Shown piece after piece: positions 1 to 8,074 of a stretch of DNA of 64,000 nt. This DNA is from Gammaproteobacteria bacterium (GTDB lineage: Bacteria; Pseudomonadota; Gammaproteobacteria; GRL18): positions 2,986 to 66,985 of the forward strand of contig JADGEK010000012.1 in the NCBI GenBank assembly GCA_016744395.1, given 5' to 3'. How positions within the stretch are numbered: position 1 is the first letter of the stretch; each line of letters begins with the position of its first letter. Both the position numbers and the translations under genes were made by a program. The notes beneath the pieces were generated by a model that was not told where the DNA came from, did not search any database, and was given only the letters and a program-made list of their open reading frames with translations.

Positions 1-219
1 CCGTCTTGCTTTAATATGCATGTCTTTTAGATTAGCGGTGGTAATCCAAACCCGTTCTCTGGCTTCCAGTATCAGATCTTCAACAACTCTTTGATGCATA
101 TTTTCATGATTTAAAATTTCCATCTGTATCTCATACCCAATTGCCAGATTTTTGTGTAATTCAACTTCTTCATTTAATCGTTCAATCGTTTCACACGGCA
201 CCGTTGGTATTTTTTTCAA
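1..219 (-). CDS. Partial ORF (first 73 codons; continues past the window start). Function unknown, with a faint resemblance to PLD/HKD-family N-termini.
   Basis: Hand translation of the minus strand from TTG at 219-217: LKKIPTVPCETIERLNEEVELHKNLAIGYEIQMEILNHENMHQRVVEDLILEARERVWITTANLKDMHIKARR. It stays open to position 1. An in-frame TAA lies two codons upstream of the TTG. It is absent from the ORF track because it is truncated by the window edge. Confidence 0.3.
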   Translation of the reverse strand, partial: MKKIPTVPCETIERLNEEVELHKNLAIGYEIQMEILNHENMHQRVVEDLILEARERVWITTANLKDMHIKARR

Positions 220-628
220 CTTTTATAGTGTTTATACTAGACAGCTCTAAGCACATCATAGCGTACATATTAGGCTCCTAAAAGCTTATATTAATTATAT
301 CCAGTCTCATTTTTCCTACAAATCTGTCTTTGGTTCGTCTTATTATCTTAGAATTCATCCTTTTGAAGACTTTGCTCAGTATCAACTTTTAACTCAGTAA
401 ACTGCTTAATCTAATTTTTATATCTTCAATTAAGGCAATTACTTGACATTAATACAAGGTTATTCTACACCTAAAGTGTGACTGTATTTTCAATTCATCA
501 AATAGACTTAGTCACTTATTCATTACTTTTTAGGGCCGCGGAAATTAAGGCAAGTCTTGCGTTTCTGTTCTTAATTAAGGTGTTTCTTCAATATTATCAT
601 TATCAATGAAAAATGAAGGGAATACATA

Positions 629-3553
629 ATGAAAAGCAAACTAATCAATACTCAATGTAAAACAATTTTCTCCCTCACTCTCCTTTTTTTGTTTATTCTT
701 TGTTTTACGCCAATGGTCTATGCAAAAAATGATACAAAAGCCTGTATCAATATGGCCAAAAGTGGATTATTAAAAATTTCTGATGATCGTTCAAAACGTT
801 TTCTTGGCAAAGTAGATGAAGATACTGCTCGTTGTCGTGGTGATGAAAAACCAATACCGTATCTCGATACTCCCTGGGTAGACTGGTCTAATTATTACTC
901 CACAGGTGATAGCAGTAGCCGTTTTGAAGGGCAAGAAGCCATTACCAAACTAGGGAAACATTTATTCCCAAATGGTCGAGGAATTGATGGCTCTTTAATT
1001 GATCTAGAATATCAACGTATAGAATTAATAAAATTTAACCTCTTTGATCAGGACACTTATACTGACTACATTTTAGGGCGTGATGGCCAAGCAGGTTCAA
1101 CGTTAAAATACTGGGATGAAATGCGTCTGCCTCCTGAGCATTTGAATTATCAGGACGTAGGTGGTAATGACAAACAATTATGTCAGGGGGATTTGATTAC
1201 CCACAGAACACTGACAGGCATTTGTAATGATTTAGTCAATCCACTGATGGGCTCATCAGGAATGACTTTTGGTCGAAATATGCAATTTGAAACCACCTTT
1301 CCAAGGCTTGGTTTAAATCAGTTAACACGTAACAGACATGGGCAACGAATCAGTTTGCTTAAGCCTGATCCTCAATTAATCAGTCGAAAATTATTTTCCC
1401 GAGAGCAAACATCTGGCAATGGTTGCCATCAGGGAATGGGTGATAAAAACTATTCTAGCAACGCCAATTGTGATTATCTTAAAGCACCCTTTTTTAATGT
1501 TCTCGCCGCTTTCTGGATTCAGTTTATGACTCATGACTGGTTTTCCCACACCATTGAGGGTCATAATAAAAAAGAATTAACAACCGTAGGTTGTTCCTCA
1601 GCCGAAGCCCGAGCCTTAGGCTGTCGTGAAAAGGATAGACGGGAACCTTCTCTCTATGCAAAAACGACAACGCCTGAAACCTTCACAAAGGATGGTCAAA
1701 GCTATAGTAATAGAGCAGCAAAAACAACTCATAATCAGGTGACAGCCTGGTGGGATGCTTCGCAGATATATGGCCATGATGAAAGTTCTCTAAAGCGGGT
1801 ACAACGTGATCCCAATGATCCTGCTAAATTACTGCTTATTAATAATTATCTGCCCTTATTGCCCACTTGTGACACATACACAGAAGACTGTCCCGTACAA
1901 TCACAATGGCAAGGTCAGGAAGCTGCGGGCTTTCCTGCAAACTGGAGTATTGGTACTAGCTTTTACCACAATTTATTTACTCGTGAACATAATTACTTTG
2001 TTGAGCAATTCCGCATAATGCAAAAACAATCACCTGAAGTAGATTCTGGTCTGAGAGATCCTTTGGATGCAAAAGTCGTTATTCGTCTAAAAGACGTTGA
2101 TGATGAACGTTTGTTTCAAGTAGCACGTTTAGTAGTTGCTGCTGAAATTGCAAAAATTCATACTATTGAGTGGACCACACAATTATTATATGACGAACCT
2201 TTATTTGCTGGCATGAATTCAAATTGGTACGGCTTGTTTAATCATGAAGAAGATCGAGTTTCTAAAATTCTCAAGCGCTTATTCAACAAGGATGAAAATA
2301 TACTATCCCGTAAATCAGCCAAGGCAGCAGGTGGTTTGGTTAATTCTTCCAATCCCAAGAAGGCCAATTCAATATATTCGGTATTAGCTTCTGGTGCAGG
2401 TATTTTTGGGATTGGTAATCAAAAAATGAAAGGATTTTTATGGTGGAAAAAAGATGCCTGGGATTTAAATAATCTGGAAGAGGATGTGAATGGTGGTATC
2501 AATCATTTTGGTTCGCCGTTTAATTTCCCTGAAGAATTTACCTCAGTTTACCGCTTACATGCTCTTGTACCCGATTTAATTGAGTATCGTGAAGTTAACA
2601 AGCCAAACAAGATCGCTTTAAAAATACCAGTGTTAGATACTGTCAGAGGTAAAGCCACGGACATGATGCAACAACGGGGTATCGACAGTTGGGCCTTAAG
2701 TATGGGACGACAACGTTTAGGACTTCTGCATCTAAAAAACCAACCCTTATTTTTACAAAACTTACCGATGCCGCAGCTTAATTCTAAGACTAAAAAACTG
2801 GATATTGTAGCCTTAGATTTAATTCGTGATCGGGAACGTGGTGTGCCTCGGTTTAATGAATTTCGACGCCAGATTGGTCTTAAAACCCTAAACAGTTTTG
2901 ATGATTTTATTGATCAACGTCTTGACAAAAATAGTCCACAACGCAAGCATCAGGAAGAAAATATCATCCAGATGCGGGAAATTTATGGTACTCATACCTG
3001 TGATGCCAGTAAAATTATTTCAACGGTGCAACGTAATAAGGATGGAAATTATATTAATGACTGTCTTGGTCATCCTGATGGTTCGGTTGTTGATAACATA
3101 GAAGATGTCGATAATGTTGTTGGTTGGCTATCTGAATATACACGGCCACATGGTTTTGCTATTTCTGAAACACAATTTCATATTTTTATCATTAACGCCT
3201 CACGTCGACTTTTCAGTGATCGTTTTTTTACTTCCAGTTTTCGTCCTGAATTTTATTCAACTCTGGGTTATAACTGGGTACTCAATGATGGTCAGCTTTC
3301 TGAGTGCCCCTATCCTGTTAGTACTATGAAAGATGGTGAAAAAGTCTGTCAGGAGCCAGATAAAATTAATGACCATGTGATGAAAGTATCTCCTCTCAAA
3401 CGGATCATGATGCGTAATATTCCAGAGCTTAAAAAAGAATTAATGGCAGTGAAAAATATTTTTGACCCTTGGGCAAGAGACCGAGGTGAATTTTATTCAC
3501 TGGAATGGAAAGCACGTCAGGGTGCTGAAACAGATTCGGCTTTTTCTCAATAA
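629..3553 (+). CDS. Secreted haem oxygenase of the animal-haem-peroxidase/cyclooxygenase superfamily (fatty-acid alpha-dioxygenase/COX-like)
   Basis: N-terminal Sec-type signal (hydrophobic stretch ending VYA/KND). Distal-His motif FWIQFMTHDWFSH (His codon 1532-1534). Proximal motif PEEFTSVYRLHALVPD, with Tyr (2549-2551) three residues before His (2558-2560), as in plant alpha-dioxygenase SVYRMH and COX YHWH. A purine-rich RBS-like stretch (AAGGGAA) lies upstream of the ATG. Confidence 0.8.
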   Translation: MKSKLINTQCKTIFSLTLLFLFILCFTPMVYAKNDTKACINMAKSGLLKISDDRSKRFLGKVDEDTARCRGDEKPIPYLDTPWVDWSNYYSTGDSSSRFEGQEAITKLGKHLFPNGRGIDGSLIDLEYQRIELIKFNLFDQDTYTDYILGRDGQAGSTLKYWDEMRLPPEHLNYQDVGGNDKQLCQGDLITHRTLTGICNDLVNPLMGSSGMTFGRNMQFETTFPRLGLNQLTRNRHGQRISLLKPDPQLISRKLFSREQTSGNGCHQGMGDKNYSSNANCDYLKAPFFNVLAAFWIQFMTHDWFSHTIEGHNKKELTTVGCSSAEARALGCREKDRREPSLYAKTTTPETFTKDGQSYSNRAAKTTHNQVTAWWDASQIYGHDESSLKRVQRDPNDPAKLLLINNYLPLLPTCDTYTEDCPVQSQWQGQEAAGFPANWSIGTSFYHNLFTREHNYFVEQFRIMQKQSPEVDSGLRDPLDAKVVIRLKDVDDERLFQVARLVVAAEIAKIHTIEWTTQLLYDEPLFAGMNSNWYGLFNHEEDRVSKILKRLFNKDENILSRKSAKAAGGLVNSSNPKKANSIYSVLASGAGIFGIGNQKMKGFLWWKKDAWDLNNLEEDVNGGINHFGSPFNFPEEFTSVYRLHALVPDLIEYREVNKPNKIALKIPVLDTVRGKATDMMQQRGIDSWALSMGRQRLGLLHLKNQPLFLQNLPMPQLNSKTKKLDIVALDLIRDRERGVPRFNEFRRQIGLKTLNSFDDFIDQRLDKNSPQRKHQEENIIQMREIYGTHTCDASKIISTVQRNKDGNYINDCLGHPDGSVVDNIEDVDNVVGWLSEYTRPHGFAISETQFHIFIINASRRLFSDRFFTSSFRPEFYSTLGYNWVLNDGQLSECPYPVSTMKDGEKVCQEPDKINDHVMKVSPLKRIMMRNIPELKKELMAVKNIFDPWARDRGEFYSLEWKARQGAETDSAFSQ

Positions 3554-3576
3554 TACAGTTCTCAATGAGGGTCTGA

Positions 3577-4671
3577 ATGATGATGAATCAACAGACAGTT
3601 TGGTGCTATCAATTACATGTCTCATACAAATTCCTACTACTGATTGTATTAACATCTGGATGTAGCAGCACTGGAAATGATGCAAGTATTGAGCAATTAG
3701 AGGCTGAAATGAATCAGCGTATTGAATTAATTTCACGTTCTGAAACTGAAGTGAATATTGAAAGTCAGAGTAATGAAATATATGGAAATGTATTACAAAA
3801 AAAAGTAATACCAAGATTTAATCAAGCAAAAACAGTCGCCTGCCTGAATGCACACTTTCAGGTTCATGATAAGCTTCCTGAAAATTTACAGCATGGGATC
3901 TTTTCTTCAGCAAAGAATTATCCCGCTATACTACGGTTTGCTAACGCCACAAATCATGATGATTCTAAAAAAGACATCCGAGGAGTATCAATCAGACTTT
4001 CTAATGTCGAGGGAGATATACTTTGGGGGCAGCCAGGAATTCAGGACTTTATTTTTAATAGTTATCCAGCCCTGTTTGTCGCCACACCAGAACAATTTTT
4101 AGAATTTATTCAAGCCCGTCAGGAAGATGCCAAACTCAGTTTCTTTTTTAATCCTTTTAACCCACATCTTAAATCCTTCTGGATTGTTTTCAAGGCTCGG
4201 GAAAAACATAAGAGTCTGTTTGATATCCGTTATTGGAGTACCGTCCCATTTCAGTTAGGAGAAGCCACTGATCAGGTGGTGAAATATTCACTCATACCCT
4301 GCTCTGATTATACGACCAAGAAAGTAGTGAGCCCTGGTGAACATCAATTCCGAGGCGCCATGAAAAAACATCTAAAACAGACTCAGGCTTGTTTTTATTT
4401 CGCCGTTCAACCACAAGTTGATGTTCAAACAATGCCCATAGAAGATGCATCTGTCATCTGGGACGAAACAGTTTCACCCTTTCAAAAAGTGGCGACAATC
4501 CGTATTAGTGAGCAGAACTTTGATACTCCTGACGCTTTGAAGGCTTGTGAACAGAGCAGTTTTAATCCCTGGCAAAGCCTCAGTGCACATAAACCTTTAG
4601 GCAAAATGAATGCAGTACGCCGTAGTGTTTACGATAAGGCTGCAAAGCTTCGAGGTTCTGGTTTCAAGTGA
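3577..4671 (+). CDS. Small catalase-related haemoprotein, probable lipoprotein
   Basis: Lipobox-like VLTSGC after a hydrophobic N-terminus. Catalase-core-like HGIFSSAKNYPAILRFAN...DIRGVSIRL. C-terminal proximal-Tyr-type motif RRSVYDKAAKLR. Paralogous to the 8071-9267 product. Confidence 0.7.
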   Translation: MMMNQQTVWCYQLHVSYKFLLLIVLTSGCSSTGNDASIEQLEAEMNQRIELISRSETEVNIESQSNEIYGNVLQKKVIPRFNQAKTVACLNAHFQVHDKLPENLQHGIFSSAKNYPAILRFANATNHDDSKKDIRGVSIRLSNVEGDILWGQPGIQDFIFNSYPALFVATPEQFLEFIQARQEDAKLSFFFNPFNPHLKSFWIVFKAREKHKSLFDIRYWSTVPFQLGEATDQVVKYSLIPCSDYTTKKVVSPGEHQFRGAMKKHLKQTQACFYFAVQPQVDVQTMPIEDASVIWDETVSPFQKVATIRISEQNFDTPDALKACEQSSFNPWQSLSAHKPLGKMNAVRRSVYDKAAKLRGSGFK

Positions 4672-4743
4672 TTATATTAGAGTGATGCGTTTAGAATGAT
4701 TGGTTTAACATTTATTAAAAATTCATACCATGGAGTATTCGTC

Positions 4744-5193
4744 ATGCATAGCACCGTTGAATTATGGTTAGGTAAGTCCAGAGACGAACTGGATGAAATT
4801 TATCGAAATGCCATCCCTGGAGAGATTCCTTCAGGAGATACACGTGGTACGGCTATTCTTAGTGGTTCCGTTTTTTCTAAAATAATCGCTCTATTGGCTC
4901 GTATTTTTTTCTGGCAGGGAAAAGTGTTTGATTTATATTGTCCCTGTGGCCAGGCTGGGCTGCTTGTTAATAAAATTACTCCCTTTAGTCTGACTTTTAT
5001 TGTGGCCAAAGTGTATAAAGAGAATAGTTGGCTTGACGAAAAAGACACGATAGTTATTGATTACTCTAAGACATCGTTCTTTGCAAAAGCAATCAGAGAT
5101 GAAATTCGTGAGGTGGAACCTGGCGTGTACCTGGGTAAAGTCTGGTGGGGAAAAACACGAATTTTAGATTTCGCTCTGACTCAGGCGGATTAG
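4744..5193 (+). CDS. Hypothetical protein (about 149 aa)
   Basis: ORF 4696-5193 from the track. I prefer the ATG at 4744 because GGAG lies 9 nt upstream. No family recognised with confidence. It is packed between haem-enzyme genes. Confidence 0.5.
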   Translation: MHSTVELWLGKSRDELDEIYRNAIPGEIPSGDTRGTAILSGSVFSKIIALLARIFFWQGKVFDLYCPCGQAGLLVNKITPFSLTFIVAKVYKENSWLDEKDTIVIDYSKTSFFAKAIRDEIREVEPGVYLGKVWWGKTRILDFALTQAD

Positions 5194-5195
5194 CA

Positions 5196-6500
5196 ATGAC
5201 ACCTCAATCAACATTTATGATTGTGGCCTCAGTTCGTGAAGGTCAGTTAGACAAGCTCAGAACACTGCTGGCCAGCATGAATAAAAGTAATACTCAAGTC
5301 GACCCTAATAATACTTTAGTCCCTTTTGCCCAATACAGTCACTTGCATGTTGCCCGTTTTGTTATTCTTGAAGCAAATACTGCTGATGATATTAAAGAAT
5401 ATGGGCTAGCACCCTACCCATGGCAACCAGCTCTGGCATTTCTCGGAGATTGTGATGGTGATAGTAATATTTTTCTTGCGCAATTGGTCGCAAGAAGTGA
5501 ACCTGGACTAAAAAAAATATTTGCCCATTGTGATGATTTTTCTTCGCATGAGATAAACTTATTGAACTGGTTCAAAGCACATAGTCATACACCCAATGCA
5601 AACTATATCAATTGGATTGGGCGCACCGTCACACAGGTCCATGAAGAAGCCATATTACATAAAAAATTATCCGCTTATCTGCAAAAAATTGTTGAAGATA
5701 TTGGCCCTGGCAATGCACGCGCCATACGGCAAAAACTCCTGTCCTATATTGAATTTGAAAAGTATGAAGGCCGACTTGTCTTGACCCCAGTAGAACCCAG
5801 TTCGATTTTGTGGACTATAAGCAATCTATGGCATAAATTATCTATTCCACTGTTTCTACTACTATTACTGCCCCTATTTCTTATCTCTGCACCCTTTTAT
5901 GCCTGGTATTTACGAAAGCTTGAACGATCTGATCCTGAAATTGTTATTCGACCTGAGCGTCAATATATCGAAACCTTATCACTTCAGGAAGATCACACTA
6001 TAACTAATCAATTTAATGTCCTGGGTGAAGTAAAGCCAGGTTTGTTTCGTTTGTATACCATGAAGTTTGCTCTATTTTTACTCAACTATGCTTCCCGGCA
6101 CATTTATAATCGCGGCTTTCTCACCCGAGTAAGAACCATTCATTTTGCCCGCTGGGTACTGATGGATAATAATCGAAGAGTGTATTTTGCCAGTAATTAC
6201 GATGGTAGTCAGGAAAGTTATATGGATGATTTTATAAACAAAGTTGGTTGGGGATTAAATCTGGTCTTTAGTAATGGTGTCTCCTACCCGCAAACAAAGT
6301 GGTTGATTAAAGGCGGAGCAGGACATGAACAAAAATTCAAACAAACACTGAGACGACATCAATTGCCTTCAGAAGTCTGGTATAAGGCCTACCCCGAGCT
6401 CACGGCTTACGAGATCTCACGCAATATGCTTATTCGACTAGGAGTAGAGGTACGTCAGGCCAATGATAAACAGATACGTGAATGGTTAGCCTTGATCTAA
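5196..6500 (+). CDS. Unknown protein with a central hydrophobic hairpin (DyP-neighbour protein)
   Basis: Track ORF 5145-6500, trimmed to the in-frame ATG at 5196, 2 nt after the upstream stop. Central hydrophobic stretch SIPLFLLLLLPLFLISAPFYAWYL. C-terminal IHFARWVLMDNNRRVYFASNYDGSQESYMDDF. Confidence 0.55.
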   Translation: MTPQSTFMIVASVREGQLDKLRTLLASMNKSNTQVDPNNTLVPFAQYSHLHVARFVILEANTADDIKEYGLAPYPWQPALAFLGDCDGDSNIFLAQLVARSEPGLKKIFAHCDDFSSHEINLLNWFKAHSHTPNANYINWIGRTVTQVHEEAILHKKLSAYLQKIVEDIGPGNARAIRQKLLSYIEFEKYEGRLVLTPVEPSSILWTISNLWHKLSIPLFLLLLLPLFLISAPFYAWYLRKLERSDPEIVIRPERQYIETLSLQEDHTITNQFNVLGEVKPGLFRLYTMKFALFLLNYASRHIYNRGFLTRVRTIHFARWVLMDNNRRVYFASNYDGSQESYMDDFINKVGWGLNLVFSNGVSYPQTKWLIKGGAGHEQKFKQTLRRHQLPSEVWYKAYPELTAYEISRNMLIRLGVEVRQANDKQIREWLALI

Positions 6501-6556
6501 CAATTGGCTGGCATACATAGGTAAAACTGAGAAGATAACACTTTAGGAAGAATACA

Positions 6557-8074
6557 ATGAAAAGTGCTGATCATTTTGAATTTGACGATCTCCAGGGATT
6601 GCTGAGATTTAGTCATGGGCATTTGACAGAAACTTGCTTTATGTTACTCAACGTCAGTAATTCCATAGCCGCAAAACAATGGCTTAAAGCAGCATCTATT
6701 ACTAATGCGAGCTCAGTGCACCCATTACCTGAAACTGCAGTTCAGATTGCTTTTTCTGTGGCTGGCTTGCGTATTCTTGGATTAAATGAACGTCTTATCG
6801 AACAATTTTCTGATGAATTTATCGTTGGAATGGCAGGTGATGAGAGTCGCTCCCGGCGTTTGGGTGATATTGCAGCCAATGACCCAAAAAATTGGCAATG
6901 GGGTGGTGATGCCCAACAGGTTCCTCATGTCTTATTATTACTGTATACCAAGGATGGTCTAATGAAAAATTTTCGTAGACATCTTGAGGACAAAAACTTT
7001 CATCAGGCATTTCAATTGCACAGTGTTTTACCGACACTGGACATTGGTTTGATTGAACCTTTTGGCTTTGCTGATGGCATCAGTCAACCCAAAATTGACT
7101 GGACTGACAAGCAAAGTACAGACATTCATGAACGTGAAGGCTATTCCAACACAGTAGCCATTGGGGAAGTGGTTTTGGGTTATCCCAACGAATATGGTGA
7201 ATACACAAACAGGCCTCTAGTTAATCCTAAGTTACAACCTAATTCAGAGAAACTTAAAACCGCATACGATGATGTATCACTCAAAGATCTGGGGCGAAAC
7301 GGCAGTTATCTCGTCGTTCGACAGCTGAACCAGGATGTACCAGGTTTCTGGCAATATCTCCATAAGCAAAGTTACTCTGACACAGACAAACGCAATGAGC
7401 TTGCTGCATCAATGGTGGGTAGACAACGCAATGGTGATCCTTTGATAACATCTCGTGTGCAATCAACTCATAATGCAGCAGAAGATAAGAATGATTTTAC
7501 TTATGAGCAAGATTTACAAGGACATCAATGTCCCTTTGGTGCGCACATTCGTCGTGCCAACCCACGTACTGGTGATTTCCCCCATGGAGTAACAGGTTTT
7601 TTTAATCGTCTGATTAAAATTTTGGGCTTTGGTTTAAACAAACCTGATGATGATTTGATTGCAGCCACCCGTTTTCATCGTTTACTGCGCCGTGGACGCA
7701 GTTATGGCTCCTTTATCAGTCCAGAGGATGCAATCAAGGCCAATGACTCTGATGAAGAACGAGGTCTACAGTTTATGTGTCTGGTAGCCAATATCACACG
7801 CCAGTTTGAGTTTGTTCAGAATGCATGGATGATAAGCAGTAAGTTCAATGGTGCACACCAGGAAAGTGATCCCTTATTAGGTCATCGGGAACCTTTACTT
7901 AGTGGAGAACCTAGCAATGAGTTTAGCCGCCCTATGGCATCTGGATCAAGGCAGACGGTCTGTAATTTACCACAATTTGTGACACTCCGAGGCGGTGCTT
8001 ATTTTTTCATGCCAGGGCTAAGTGCCATTCAATATATTGCTTCCTTGCCATCGAACAAGGATGATTTGTCATGA
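6557..8074 (+). CDS. DyP-type haem peroxidase
   Basis: GXXDG motif GFADGISQP, proximal-His region GAHIRRANPR, distal-Arg region LLRRGRSYG, and C-terminal QFEFVQNAW. No signal peptide is visible. Confidence 0.85.
   Translation: MKSADHFEFDDLQGLLRFSHGHLTETCFMLLNVSNSIAAKQWLKAASITNASSVHPLPETAVQIAFSVAGLRILGLNERLIEQFSDEFIVGMAGDESRSRRLGDIAANDPKNWQWGGDAQQVPHVLLLLYTKDGLMKNFRRHLEDKNFHQAFQLHSVLPTLDIGLIEPFGFADGISQPKIDWTDKQSTDIHEREGYSNTVAIGEVVLGYPNEYGEYTNRPLVNPKLQPNSEKLKTAYDDVSLKDLGRNGSYLVVRQLNQDVPGFWQYLHKQSYSDTDKRNELAASMVGRQRNGDPLITSRVQSTHNAAEDKNDFTYEQDLQGHQCPFGAHIRRANPRTGDFPHGVTGFFNRLIKILGFGLNKPDDDLIAATRFHRLLRRGRSYGSFISPEDAIKANDSDEERGLQFMCLVANITRQFEFVQNAWMISSKFNGAHQESDPLLGHREPLLSGEPSNEFSRPMASGSRQTVCNLPQFVTLRGGAYFFMPGLSAIQYIASLPSNKDDLS

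Noticed and set aside
1806-3814. Short ORFs nested in or antisense to the oxygenase gene and the first catalase-related gene (1806-2018, 2898-3101, 3105-3329, 3462-3665, 3497-3814, 3848-4102).
   Set aside because: They lie entirely inside long CDSs that carry clear family motifs. Their translations are low-complexity and hydrophobic or Ile/Leu/Phe-rich, as expected from off-frame reading of AT-rich DNA.
5145-5195. N-terminal extension of the 451-aa ORF, overlapping the upstream gene.
   Set aside because: The in-frame ATG at 5196 sits 2 nt after the upstream stop and removes a 49-nt overlap. The extension (MGKNTNFRFRSDSGGLA) has no supporting features.
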